Assembly: GCA_949358305.1 (NCBI GenBank)
Contig: OX442314.1
Coordinates: 29,264,001-29,328,000 of the forward strand
DNA from: Strigamia acuminata
Taxonomy: Eukaryota
Length of the DNA: 64,000 bases
Direction: 5' to 3'
Made by a program: the position numbers and the translations under genes. Shown in pieces: positions 35,831 to 48,000 of this stretch (position 1 is its first letter; every line of letters starts with the position of its first letter). The notes under the pieces are model-generated. The model ran no database searches, was not told the origin of the DNA, and was given only the letters and a program-made list of their open reading frames with translations.

Positions 35831-38419
35831 TAATGTGTTCCTTGGTTTGATATTGTTGATTACAAAGTGGGTTATTACGGAGTCGTGAATAAAGCAGCCA
35901 TCTTGGTTAGTAGAATTAACATAAGACATTTATTTGCATGTTTTTACACAGGTGGCGCTGACAGTTGACCAGCGTCACAAATTGACATATTGAAAGATGG
36001 AGTGCGGACACTCCAGTACCCCCTTAATTGGGATCCAAAAGGGAGCAATTTTACAAAATGAAATATTAAAACATTGAATTTAAATGTAAATAAGGAATAA
36101 AATAACATACAATTACAAAGTTGAATTGGCTCATTAATTTGATGGGAAACCATAAAATTCCGTCGGGGACTGCTTACGGAATTCGGAGGCGGTCCAGGCG
36201 GTGACACAGGAGCAACAGGCGGCTGAGAAGGCAGCGGTGGTGTTGACGGTTTTGCAGGTGAGGTTGCAGTCCGAGTTGCGGTTACAGGTTGAGCAAGTGT
36301 CGGGGAAGCAACTGCACTCTGAGGGCTCACAAACGGACCAATGTGCCAATCATCCCCCTTAATTGGAAGTGGCGTTCCAATTGATAAGTCGTGTTGCAGT
36401 TGGTCGGTGTGTCGTGACCAAATGACGGCGGAAGTCTTGCGCAACGAACGAAATGAAACCAAGAATTGGTCCACGGAATCTGCCAAAGAGAGTTGAGATT
36501 TGGTTAATTTCTCCATTTCGTCATGGAAAAAGTTGCGGTGCTGCAACAATAACGTGTGGAACGGGTCGAGCGCGTCAGTGCTTGCCAAGCAGTCTGTGGA
36601 AGCCAGCGCCGTCGCTGCAGCGGCAACAATCACGTTTGGAGTAGACTCGTTCGGCGGGGAAGCTTCTACATCCAGTCTAGGGACGGTGAATTTAGCAGTC
36701 GTGTTTGTTGGAGGTTGAGTGCGCTTTCGAGCAGCGCGTCTTCGTGCAGACTTTGAAGTGGTCATGGCGGTCGAATTCACAACAGCACCCATCGAAATAC
36801 CAGCTGGGGACAACAAATTGAAGGTGTCCAACCAATTTCGACCCATGACTGGCACTGACCCAGTCGCAGCAACACAGAGCGGTAGGACGTATTTGCGGCG
36901 ATCGTGCTGCACCGGCACATGGCAAACCCCGTCCATCGGGAGGACGTGTCCGTCGTAAGTGGACATCTGCGAATCGAGCGGCTGCAACTGAAATCGAGAA
37001 AAATTACGATTATACATCTCGCGACTGATGGTTGTCGCTTCAGCGCCCGTGTCGATCTACATGAGCAGCAATGTGTCCGCTACTCGCATTTCCCGAACCA
37101 ACGGTTTGGTCGGTTTGATGCTGATCGAATTTATCGCTTTTCCAGCCTGTCGAGGTGTTGTTCGTATCGAGTAGAAAGTGAGCTTCCGAGGCGCAGCAAT
37201 TACAGCATGGTGGGAAGCAGTTGTAGCGGTTGACATGCAGGCCGATTGTGTGTGCCCTACGAGGCCACAGCCCTGGCACTTGGTGCGACAATGTTCGCAA
37301 TCGTCTCTGCGGTGTCCAGTCTGTCCGCACGATCTGCATTTTCCGTCGACATGACGTGGCTGGTGCCCAGTGCCGTTGCACAATTTGCACTTGGTGTTGT
37401 CGTGCTGTTGTAATGGTTGGTCTTGTTGTTGATCGGTGGTGCCCCTCGAGGAGCGTTTGCCACCTTCGTGCGAGTTCGCATTGGATCGTGAGAAGTTTCC
37501 GCCGTTCTGAAGTTGGTGCACCGACTGCTGGGTGTCGAGAAAACTGGAAACGTCCGCTCCGGCGATCTCGGCGGAGGTGGCTGCCTCGAGAGCCAATGCA
37601 AAAGTAAGATCTTTTTGCGTATAGAGCGTCTCTTGGACGTGACGCATGTTAAGACCAATGACGAACTGGTTCCGCATCTCGTCGTCTTGCGAATCACCAA
37701 AGTCGCAATATTTCGTCAGCGAGTGCAAAGCGGACGCAAAATCGCTCACCGACTCGCCCTTATTGCGTTTACGAGCACGAAAGCGCACAATTTCACCCTG
37801 CTTGACCGGCTTTGGCTTTTGATTTTTCACCATTAAGTCGGTTAGTTGCTTGAATGTCAACTCCGTCGGCTTTTTAGGTCGGGCCAGATCCACAAATTTG
37901 GCAAAAGTTGCCATTCCCACGCAGGCCAAAAGCGTATTTACTTTTTCTGCGTCCGCGACGATTTTGTTGCATGAGAAGACGCATTCCATCTGGAGGATGT
38001 AGGTTTCCCAATCGTCGAGCGGGTTGTATTTTTCCGGAGCCGCAACCAAAGGCATATTTGAACGATGGAATTGATGAATTCAAGGCAAAACTTACAGGTG
38101 AAAATTCGGGCCTAACGGTCAACGCGTGGTCACGAGCGTACGGTCAGTGGCGAAAATCTCATCAAAACGACAAGAAAACACACAAAAGTTCAATAGTAGT
38201 TGATGGTTCGATTATACTCATCCCTCGTCGCCAATAATGTGTTCTTTGGTTTGATATTGTTGATTACAAAGTGGGTTATTACGGAGTCGTGAATAAAGCA
38301 GCCATCTTGGTTAGTAGAATTAACATAAGACATTTATTTGCATGTTTTTACACAGGTGGCGCTGACAGTTGACCAGCGTCACAAATTGACATATTGAAAG
38401 ATGGAGTGCGGACACTCCA
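35831..38419 (-). mobile_element. Mini LTR element B (Mag-like), Gag-protease plus Pol scars
   Basis: 185-bp LTRs at 35831-36015 and 38235-38419 (1 difference seen); TSD AACTC; PBS TGGCGACGAGG; PPT-like AAGGGGG; termini TG...TA on the coding strand. Confidence 0.92.
35944..38055 (-). pseudogene. Element B gag-protease with in-frame TAG at 37057-37059
   Basis: Gag with CCHC knuckles, then LLM*IDTGAEATTIS...VMGRNWL in the same frame. Confidence 0.85.
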
Positions 38420-38583
38420 AACTCAGTTTCACTTTAACAATTATCTTTTGATTTGACATAAACTTGGACGACTTTGGTCAGCGGGGCAAGTTTGACCATG
38501 AGCGTAACATACTGTTGTCATACATACTTTTAGTTGTTACAGAGTGGTAAAAGATCTTTAAAAATGTTTAAAAAGTAAAAAGT

Positions 38584-38798
38584 TGTAGTGAACCGGAATC
38601 TTATTACTAAAACTGACTCACTATGGATTGCCGTTTATAGGACTTACAAAACTCACTATCACTAAAATTTATATTTAGTCTAATTGGCCTAAGTGAATTT
38701 AACTAACTAACTAATTTTAGTGATAGTGAGTTTTGTAAGTCCTATAAACGGCAATCCATAGTGAGTCAGTTTTAGTAATAAGATTCCGGTTCACTACA
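38584..38798. repeat. Perfect 86-bp-arm inverted repeat (43-nt loop) in place of the 5' LTR
   Basis: 38584-38669 is the reverse complement of 38713-38798; 38584-38717 is the reverse complement of 51766-51899. Confidence 0.95.
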
Positions 38799-38924
38799 CT
38801 TGGGGGCCTGTCCTTTTGAACCTTAAGTGGATTTGCATTTTGTGTAAAATTCTAGGGACCTCCAGAATTTTTTTTTGTAAAATCTTGTTAGTATTAAGTC
38901 TGTTTCTGTCTTCACTCTTTTTAA

Positions 38925-41900
38925 TTGACCATGGATCAAGAAAGAGACAGTAGAAGAGGAAAGGGCCCGACGCGTAAAGCCAGACGAACAGACGGAGCAA
39001 CGGAAGACCATCACGACACACGCTCGCGATCGTCGTCACGGTCAGCCGACGGCGGAAGAACGCCAAATCCGCTCAGTCAGGACTTTTGGCCTGCGACAAA
39101 TGACGTTGTGCGCCAACTTGTGTCACGTCCACCCTCTCCCACGTCGATAGCAGAGAATGTTAGTTCTACTGCCAGTTTGAAGGCCGACTTATCGCATTTA
39201 TCACGCGAAGAGTTGCTAGTTGTGGCCAAAAAAAGGGGTCAATTATTGAAAGCGCACCGTATTGCCGCGTCCAGGAGTAGGGACATTAGCGCTGTTACGT
39301 CTGGAACCAGTACTCCGACCCAGGAAAGATTGGAAAAGGTCCGCCAACGCATTCACGATCTAATGCAAGCAGCAGCTACCAGTTTGACGGAAGCGCAGCT
39401 GAAATATCTGGCAGGCGGCCCAATTACGGATGAAGAAGCAGCAGAGCGAGTGGCAGCAATACAAGCACGTGAAGATGACATTCGAATAGCTGGCTCAGAG
39501 GAGTACCAACTCATGAAACAAATGAGGTTGGAGGAATGCCAATTCAAAAATTCCAAATTGGAATTGGAGCTTGTTACGAAGCAGAAAGAGAACCGACTAC
39601 AACAAGAAAAAGACCAAATGGAAGCTTTTAAAGTGCGCTTGGACACTCGGCAACAAGCTTTGTTTGCAAGAGAAAAGGCAATGGAGACCACAGTTCAAGA
39701 TGAAAATGTCCGTCTTCGTCAAGCAACTCTGCAAGCGCAAGAAGATGCCGAGCGGATGCGCAAGGAGCTAGAAGATATGAAGTATCTCGCCCACATCAAT
39801 TATCCAAGAGCTGTGGAGCCGCAGAGAAGCTCGCGTCCAGCAGATACTGGACAGAAAAGGACTGATTCTTTTGGGACTTCGTCCAAAAGAGGGAGGGAAG
39901 GTGCTGAAGAAGATTCAGCAAGTAAAAAATTGCTATCGTCACCAACTAGGAATTTATTTGAAGTCATTGACCAGTGGAGTGCTCAACATTGTCCCAACAA
40001 CCAAGGACAGACCACTCAACACAGAACAAAGACAACAGAAGTTAATTTGCAACCGGAAACCGTCACAATTCCAGCGACGAAAGGACAAAATGAACGTTCA
40101 CGCGACGTGTACGCAGGAGATTGGCCAGGAAAATATGACCAACACCAAATTGGTGCGTCAAATTTCGAACAATCGAAAAATCCGAAATCCAACAGAACCT
40201 TTCGCCCTTGGGAAGACGATTCGAACAAATTAAAAAATACAGACGATGGAAAACAAGAACAGGGCGCTTCAGCAAATCCTTTCGCGTCAAGTCAAGATGT
40301 GGATGAGCGACACCTTCCACAACGAAACGAGGGAAGGCGCCAGACTGAGCATTATCCCTCACAAGGTGACCAAGTAGTCCCAACACAAGAATTTCCAGAA
40401 AGAAATCGCCATTATGAAATCCGAGATAGGCGTCGTGATGACGTTTCACATCAACAACGTGACCATTATTTGTCATCACGTGGTAACACACATGAAAGAG
40501 ATTCACGTTACCAATATGAAGATCAAAATTATGACCGGCGATATTATACTAATGACTCGCGCCGAGAAGACGATTCACATTACAGGGATCGATCACGGCA
40601 GAGAGGTAATTCGCAACAACGCGATGAGTCACGTCAAAGAGGTGGTTCTCATCAAGACGATGAGCAATCTCGTCAAAATGAATGGCAAAGAGGCCGCAAT
40701 AGTCCGCCACCAGGAGGCACACGAAATGAAAAAGACGAACGAAAATACTCAAATTCGGAATATTTCCGACAAAATGAAGGAAATGACTCACGAAATTTCG
40801 GACAACGTCAACAGCGATCCGAATATCGTTCAGATGAGCACAGAACACCTGCTGGTGAAGCTAATGCGTCTCAAATGACTCCTGCACAGTGGCGAGAATT
40901 CATTAATAGTCAAATTGACGAACGTTTAGCAAGAATTCCATCCAAAGCTCAAGAGATGGAAGAGGTTTTGCAAAAAAGAATTAGAAAATATTGTGCTGGA
41001 AATTGGTCACACACAGTTACTGACCCAAGTCAAATAAAATGGGATAGAATAACACCAGACCCGTTTGATGGAACTTGGCAAGCCGGAACTCAATTTTTTG
41101 ATGACGTAATGCAAATTGCAAGAAGTCACGGCATTGACCCGAGAACCACATTAGACAAGATTATTCCCAAAATTCTGACTGGTGGTGCGGCAAAATGGTT
41201 CTATAGTCGCTCATTTGCATCATGGAACGAATTTGTGCGTGCTTTCATGAAAGAATATGGAGAATCAAATGCAACTTTGTACCATAATTGGGATAACTTG
41301 AAACAAATGTTAGGTGAAGATCTCCGCTCGTATTTGCGAAGGACGGAGGAATTACTTGATCAATTACCATACAATGTTGATGACTTTTCAGCTGATCGCC
41401 AATTCCGTCGAGGTTTAACGGAATTCTCAGAGAAAGTGTTGTCAATGGTCAAAGCACCTTTGGCGAATTCTTTTGAGAAATTGGCTGAATTTATGAGGAC
41501 AAATCAGATGTACATTGACGACCGTTACATCAAAGATTTGCCACCGGAGGAGCAAAGGGGACAAGAGGAGTTGCTGCGACGTCAAGCAAACTTTGCTAGA
41601 GGAGGTACGAAAGTGATGCAACCTCGATCACTATTCACCATGCCTCGCAAGGAAGTCACATTTCAGCGCGGCAAAGATAATGAACCAACTCCTCACCCTC
41701 CTCCAAAAATTCCAACTAGACCCACAGCTAGATGGGTACAGGAAGTTGATGATCAAAGAGATATGGCAAGTAACCAAATAATCTGCAATGCAACCAAAGT
41801 CAACAGTCTCTAGTGACACCAAAGAAGGTCAAAGTCATACGCCAAAGACTTTTTCACTGGAATTTCCAGCTAAAACTCAATCACAGGAAACTGAAAGCAA

Positions 41901-42129
41901 TAGTCAAGTAACGACTGCATCAGTTAAAAGTGAAGGAAGTGTAGAAACAGCTACTACACCAAGGATGACGCCTGACAACGCACCTTGTCATAACTGCGGT
42001 GCATTAGGACATTGGGCAAGACAGTGCCCACAACCAAAAAAGCAGTCTGCACCAAAAATGGACATTGAAAAGTTGGTGGACGCCCTCACTGAAGCCGTGC
42101 AAAAAAACTTGCGAGCGCGGGACCAGTAA
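38925..42129 (+). CDS. gag: Gypsy-2 Gag; main ORF ends at 41813, zinc-knuckle tail in the +1 frame (41782-42129)
   Basis: FDGTW...ILTGGAAKWF...WNEF is homologous to Gypsy-1 Gag; CHNCGALGHWARQC is in ORF 41788-42129. Confidence 0.85.
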
Positions 42130-45100
42130 ATCAGGATCCCGCGCCATCAAATAAATCGGAAGAATTGCAGGAAAGTGAAGGCGTAACTGCAAATAAAAAA
42201 GAAGTGTCACCCTCTATCGATCCAGAGACGGGGAAAAGTAAAGGAGAAATGATTTGTGAAATCATTGGCGGAGAAATAGTGTCAATTAGATTTCCGCCAC
42301 CAGAATTGGCATCTCCTAAAGTTGAAAAGAAAGAAGTACTTGATAATGCTCTCGTTGCAAAGGACAATATTCCTTGTGTATTAACGCCTCCAGAAGCCAT
42401 AGGGACAATGCGAGTTGCTCAAGATGAAGTAACTTGCAAACCTGAAGACGGTAAAATTGTCAAATTACAATTTCCATTATCAGAATTAACAACAATTCCA
42501 GAAAGTGAGGAAATTACAGAAGTTGACAACACATATTTTGTGAATGAAATTACACAAGCACTGAAGGAGGTGGGACTTGATGAGGAAAACGAAGCGACAA
42601 TTTTTTGGGCCAATGTGAAAAATTCATATGAGAATGACCCCTCAGAGGCGGCTTGGATGGTGAACACACCAGTCGAACCTGTCGAGTGGGATCCATTACT
42701 GTACGAACTTCCAAAGCTAGCCCCGGAAGGAGGCCCAAGAATAAGAGCCTTCAATGTTTTAATCCCCGACGACGAACAACTAGGAGGAATGACAACAATG
42801 GACATTCTCACTGAAAGTGGAAGCATAGCAGCAACATTAGATTCGGGTGCCAACAGAAGTTGTGTGTCACTGCCGCTAGTGAAAGCAATGGGTTTGGAAG
42901 ATAAAATTACCAAAGTTGGGCCTAACATGGCCATAAACACGGCGGACAAAAAAGTTCAGCCGATTGGTTCAATTCGAATATTATTCCGCTGGACACATGG
43001 CATGATGTTACACTATTTTTTGGTGTTGCCACATGAGATGCATTTCATGCTCATGGGGAATGATGTCATGAAAAGAATGAGAATCCAGCCGAATCCCCTC
43101 AGCGGAAAGTGGAATTTCATAACCACTTTGGAAGTACCAACTCCATACGTTCCGCAGTCCGTGCTGGATAAATGGGAAAAAACGTTAGAACAACCAGAAT
43201 CAACATTCCGGACTTTTGCAAAAGAAACATGTTACAATGCTTTCAATGCAAGATTGAGAATGGACAATGGCGTAGACAACTTGGTAGAAGAAGCCAAACT
43301 TCAGCTAACAGAGGCTCTTCAGTTAGAAGCAGTGCTTAGAAAGCATGAGAAAATTCTCACCAAAACGCCAGGGAAAACACATGTTTTGCAGCATACAATC
43401 GAATTGGACACAAAAAAGCCTATCAGAGTGCCATTTCGAAGCTGGAATCCGCAAAAGCGCGAAATTTTGCGCCAACTCTGCCAAGAGTTCAAGGACAAAG
43501 GTTTTGTGTCGGATGCGGAGGGAGATTATGCTGCGCGGATCGTATTAGTGTCAAAAACCGGATCAGATCCTCGGTTATGCATCGACTATCGGCCGATAAA
43601 TGAGCATACTTTGTATGATCCGCCCCAAATGCCCACGATCACGGAGATTCTGCGAGAACTAGGAGAGTTCAACTGGGTGACGACAATAGATCTGACCAAG
43701 GGTTACTGGCAGATTGAGTTGCGCCCAGAAGATAGACCAAAGACGGCGTTTTGGAGCCCGATTGGGCGCCTAATGTTTAATGTCATGCCATTTGGGCTCG
43801 TCAACGCGCCCACGACATTCCAGCGCCTAATCGAGAAAGTGCTCGGCGATGCATATCGCAAATACGCCTGGGCGTACTTGGATGACATCGTCATTGTGTC
43901 GAAAACATACGAAGAGCACATGCGCCATGTTGACGACGTCTTATCAAAATTGGAAAGAGCTGGCTTGCACGTGAATCCTGAAAAGTCGAAATTTTGTCGC
44001 AAAGAGCTAAAATTTTTAGGCTATAATTTGGGAGTCAATGGTGTGAGTGCAGATCCGAAAAAAGTGGACGCCATTACTAAGTTTCCAGCGCCAACCAATC
44101 TCACCGAGTTACAGCGCTTTCTTGGAATGGTGAACTTTTTTCACAGACTTTTGAAGGATTTGGCCACTGTGGCCGAGCCCCTGCGTCCGCTCTTAAAAAA
44201 GGGCATTGATTTCGTGTGGACAGGAGACCACCAACGAGCGTTTGATGAAGTCAAAAAATTACTCACTGACTCAGAAACAATGGCGTTGCCAGACTTAACC
44301 CGTCCATTTATTGTCTACACCGACGCAAGCAAAAAAGGGCTCGGAGCGGCATTAATGCAAAAGAACATGGTCAACGGGCAAGAACTCGAGGTCCCCTGCG
44401 TGTATGCTAGTCGCAGCCTGCAGGCAGCAGAACTGAATTACAGCGTTACAGACCTCGAATGTCTGGCGGTCATTTGGGCGCTACGAAAATTCCGAGAATA
44501 TCTGGAATTCACCCATTTCACTGTACAGACTGACCATCAGGCCTTGAAATGGCTCATGGGATTGGATGAACCCACTGGTCGTCTTGCCAGATGGCAAATG
44601 GAACTCATGTCGTATAGTTTTAAAATCCAGTACGTCAAGGGTCCAACCAATGTGCTTGCTGATGCATTGTCGCGTGCGCCAACAGATTTGGCAAGTGGTG
44701 AAGATGAATGCGGAGAAGCTGACGGTGATATCCGTTATTGCCCGACAGAGGTCCATTCTTGGGAAATTAAGAATTGGAACCAGCTGCCTACGCCGAAAGC
44801 CCCTGACGATCCAATGGTCGCTTATTGGTGCAATTTGTATGTTGCACCAACGGCAGAGACAAAGCAAAAATTGCGCGAGGAGGAAGAATGGCGATACATG
44901 CCAAAATCCGACAATGCGATGGCAAATGCCTTCATCCTCAAAGTGACAGAGCAATTAAATTGCACTCCACCTACTCGCGAGGAATTTATAGCCGAGCAAA
45001 AGGCAGACAAACATTGTCAAATCATCCGCTTCTATCTGGAAACACAACAATTCCCACCACATGTCACGACGCGCCTTCAAAGAAGAAATTTCAAAGTATT

Positions 45101-46997
45101 AGCAACCAGACATATCCTCGAGGAAGATCTGCTCATGCGGTATCAACCGACGATTTCCGACGAGCTAGGCGAGGATAATAGTGCACTAAAAGTTGTGGTA
45201 CCAAAGTCGTTGAGATTTCGAGTACTTTGGTTAATGCACGGCCACCCATTGGCGAGCCATAGCGGTATCGCAAGAACGCTTTACCGGATGCGCTGCATTT
45301 ACGTTTGGGACGGCATGAAAAGAGACACGGCAAAATTCATCAAGCACTGTGTCAGATGTCAGGCGTGCAAACCACGACCAAAAACTAAAGTTGAGCCGGC
45401 TGAAATTGGGCCTTATGCACCATTTGAGTGCTTGAGCATTGATCTGACAGGCCCAAAACCAAGGACGATCGAAGGGAACAACTATATTTTGGTTATTTTG
45501 GATGTTGCGACTCACTGGCCAAAATTGTACCCATTGGAGGACCCCACAGCCCAAATAATATCTGACTGTGTTTACGACACGTCCATGGACTGGGGATTTC
45601 CTCTAAAAATAATATCCGACAATGGCCCGCAATTTAAAGCGCGAATCTACAAGGAGTTTTGCAAACGTTTCAAAATTATCCCAAAATTCACTTCCCCGTA
45701 TCATCCACAAGCCAACCCAGTCGAAAGGCTCAACAGAGACATCAAATATGTCATTGCAATTTTTACTGACCTGCACCGCCGCTGGGACGAATATTTAAGA
45801 GAAATAGCGTTCAGCATCAGGTCAACGGAGTCAAGGGGTCGAGGATACTCTCCTGCCTATCTCAATTGTGGCAGAGAGCTTCGTATTCCTTGGGACCCGA
45901 GAGTTCTCGATGGAATTCTTCGGATTGACCCAAAACGGCCCCACGAGTATGTCCAAAGATTACAAAGAGTGATAAGCGACACGTACCACCACATGATGGC
46001 GCATATTGTAGACTTAAGAGAGAGAGTGCGCAATCATCAAGATGATGCCAAATTTGAGAACTTCAAAATCAATGATCTTGTTTGGAGAGAAAACCACGCG
46101 CTCTCAAAGGCCTCAGCTGGTATTTCTGCGAGTATCGCGGACAAGCGTACTGGCCCCTATGTTATTACCCAAATACATCAGGGTGGAGCTGCCAGATTGC
46201 GCCGGCTAAAAGACAATCGAATTTTTAACTCAATTCACAAATCCGAATTGTCACCCTACTTCCCTGAATTTAACCAAGAAATTTGGTTAAAAGGCCAAAC
46301 TAAAAGTAACCCCAATGCTGAGGTGGTAAACACCTTATTCGATGACATTCCAGCAAGAGGGGAGAATTCAGAAGTAGTGGAAGAGGCAGAAAAGGTGCCA
46401 AGTACGGAAGTCGCAGAAAATGTGCAAACGTCAACTAATGCACAAGAAACACAAAAACAGTCAGACTTGCCAAATTCGCAAAATTTTGAAGTCAATTTTG
46501 ATTTGGGGGAAGTCGTCGAAACGCAAGAAATTGCAAATGCACAAAGTGCAGACGACATGCAAAATCAAGAACGTGCAGAAAACGTTCACGATAACGACAG
46601 TGCGCAAGGCGCAGAAAGTGTGGAATCTGTGCACAGAAATGTGCAAGATGTCGCACGAGATATAGAAATTGCACAAACTAGTGCACAAAGTGCAGAAAAT
46701 TCACCAAATGCAGAAAAGGTGCAAGGTGCAGAAGCTGCAAATGAGTGTGCAGAAAAATGTGATGTAGAAAGTTCAAACGACACGGATGCAGACATTCCAC
46801 TAATCACCCCAGAAAATGATGGTTTTGGAAATGAAAAGCAAGCTGCTTCATTTTCCAAAAAGAGGGGAAAGAGAGTGGAAAAGAAAGTTGAAATCAAAAA
46901 GAAATATCAACAATTGAATTCTCGCGAAAAAAGAAAGGCTTTGAAACAATACCCACTTCGCGATAGGGCGAAGATAAAGCCTCCGGAGTATCTCTAA
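42108..46997 (+). CDS. pol: Gypsy-2 Pol (PR, RT, RNase H, IN with HHCC/DDE/GPY, acidic tail)
   Basis: LDSGA; YLDD; TDAS; ADALSR; H..H..CVRC; SDNGPQF; ERLNR; GPY. Confidence 0.96.
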   Translation, partial: LASAGPVNQDPAPSNKSEELQESEGVTANKKEVSPSIDPETGKSKGEMICEIIGGEIVSIRFPPPELASPKVEKKEVLDNALVAKDNIPCVLTPPEAIGTMRVAQDEVTCKPEDGKIVKLQFPLSELTTIPESEEITEVDNTYFVNEITQALKEVGLDEENEATIFWANVKNSYENDPSEAAWMVNTPVEPVEWDPLLYELPKLAPEGGPRIRAFNVLIPDDEQLGGMTTMDILTESGSIAATLDSGANRSCVSLPLVKAMGLEDKITKVGPNMAINTADKKVQPIGSIRILFRWTHGMMLHYFLVLPHEMHFMLMGNDVMKRMRIQPNPLSGKWNFITTLEVPTPYVPQSVLDKWEKTLEQPESTFRTFAKETCYNAFNARLRMDNGVDNLVEEAKLQLTEALQLEAVLRKHEKILTKTPGKTHVLQHTIELDTKKPIRVPFRSWNPQKREILRQLCQEFKDKGFVSDAEGDYAARIVLVSKTGSDPRLCIDYRPINEHTLYDPPQMPTITEILRELGEFNWVTTIDLTKGYWQIELRPEDRPKTAFWSPIGRLMFNVMPFGLVNAPTTFQRLIEKVLGDAYRKYAWAYLDDIVIVSKTYEEHMRHVDDVLSKLERAGLHVNPEKSKFCRKELKFLGYNLGVNGVSADPKKVDAITKFPAPTNLTELQRFLGMVNFFHRLLKDLATVAEPLRPLLKKGIDFVWTGDHQRAFDEVKKLLTDSETMALPDLTRPFIVYTDASKKGLGAALMQKNMVNGQELEVPCVYASRSLQAAELNYSVTDLECLAVIWALRKFREYLEFTHFTVQTDHQALKWLMGLDEPTGRLARWQMELMSYSFKIQYVKGPTNVLADALSRAPTDLASGEDECGEADGDIRYCPTEVHSWEIKNWNQLPTPKAPDDPMVAYWCNLYVAPTAETKQKLREEEEWRYMPKSDNAMANAFILKVTEQLNCTPPTREEFIAEQKADKHCQIIRFYLETQQFPPHVTTRLQRRNFKVLATRHILEEDLLMRYQPTISDELGEDNSALKVVVPKSLRFRVLWLMHGHPLASHSGIARTLYRMRCIYVWDGMKRDTAKFIKHCVRCQACKPRPKTKVEPAEIGPYAPFECLSIDLTGPKPRTIEGNNYILVILDVATHWPKLYPLEDPTAQIISDCVYDTSMDWGFPLKIISDNGPQFKARIYKEFCKRFKIIPKFTSPYHPQANPVERLNRDIKYVIAIFTDLHRRWDEYLREIAFSIRSTESRGRGYSPAYLNCGRELRIPWDPRVLDGILRIDPKRPHEYVQRLQRVISDTYHHMMAHIVDLRERVRNHQDDAKFENFKINDLVWRENHALSKASAGISASIADKRTGPYVITQIHQGGAARLRRLKDNRIFNSIHKSELSPYFPEFNQEIWLKGQTKSNPNAEVVNTLFDDIPARGENSEVVEEAEKVPSTEVAENVQTSTNAQETQKQSDLPNSQNFEVNFDLGEVVETQEIANAQSADDMQNQERAENVHDNDSAQGAESVESVHRNVQDVARDIEIAQTSAQSAENSPNAEKVQGAEAANECAEKCDVESSNDTDADIPLITPENDGFGNEKQAASFSKKRGKRVEKKVEIKKKYQQLNSREKRKALKQYPLRDRAKIKPPEYL

Positions 46998-48000
46998 AAA
47001 TAGAGCTAGGACGTCGCTCGGAAGTCCGGAAATGGACGACGTCATTGCTGCGTTGTGATTGGTCGCCGAAGGGAACAGCTGTAGTTCGAGACACTTAACC
47101 AAAACAACAAGTGTGAATTATTAAAGCTCTGAGGATATTTGACAAAAACAAAACAAAATTGGATATTCTTGACTGAAACCAACCACAACTGGAGCGGAGA
47201 AAACGTGTGTGACGACCAACAACAACGAAAAGCGGAGATTAATCGGGAAAGATGTCGCGAGAACGTCAAGCAGACGGTTCGGATGATGAACGTCAGAAAG
47301 AAAAGGAAATTTTAGACAAGGTAGTCAAAAGTTGAAAAAATATTCAATTAGAAATGCGACAAATAAGTCGATAGAAAACGTTTCCTTCACATAAATGTGT
47401 ATGTCAATGTGATCAAAGTTAGAAATGAGAAAGTTTATTAGAGAATTAAAAGGTTCACTCTCAGAAATGAATGGTAAAAGGGAAAAAATTGTCCGAATTT
47501 TTACTATTCATAAGTTAAAAGGCAAAACGATTCATAAAAAAGAATTTTAAAGCATAAATTTGAGACGTTTAATTGAAAAATATAACAAAAAATTAAATGC
47601 GGGTACGGGAATCGAAGTGAAAATTGCCATAAATAGCATGAGAGCGGACGCCATCTTGCGTTCAATTACGGAACCAAAATGGCAAAGTTTGAAACAAAAC
47701 TTAAACACATTGACATGCACATGGAAGAAACAAGAAGTGTGTGACAAAATAAGGAATTAACGATAAAAGAAAAAATTAGGCAGATTTTCGAGTCAGAAAG
47801 ACAAAATTGTCTAAAATAATTTCGTCAAAAAAGATAAAACTCCGCATGCCATGCAGAGGGGACGCCATCTAGCGGCCCGAAATCAAATTAGAAAACAATA
47901 TTTTATCGAAAATGCTAAAATAAATGTCACACACACAAGGAATTGTTATTATATCGAAAATATTTATTAAATAACATTCTTTTGATAGACTGAACAAGCC

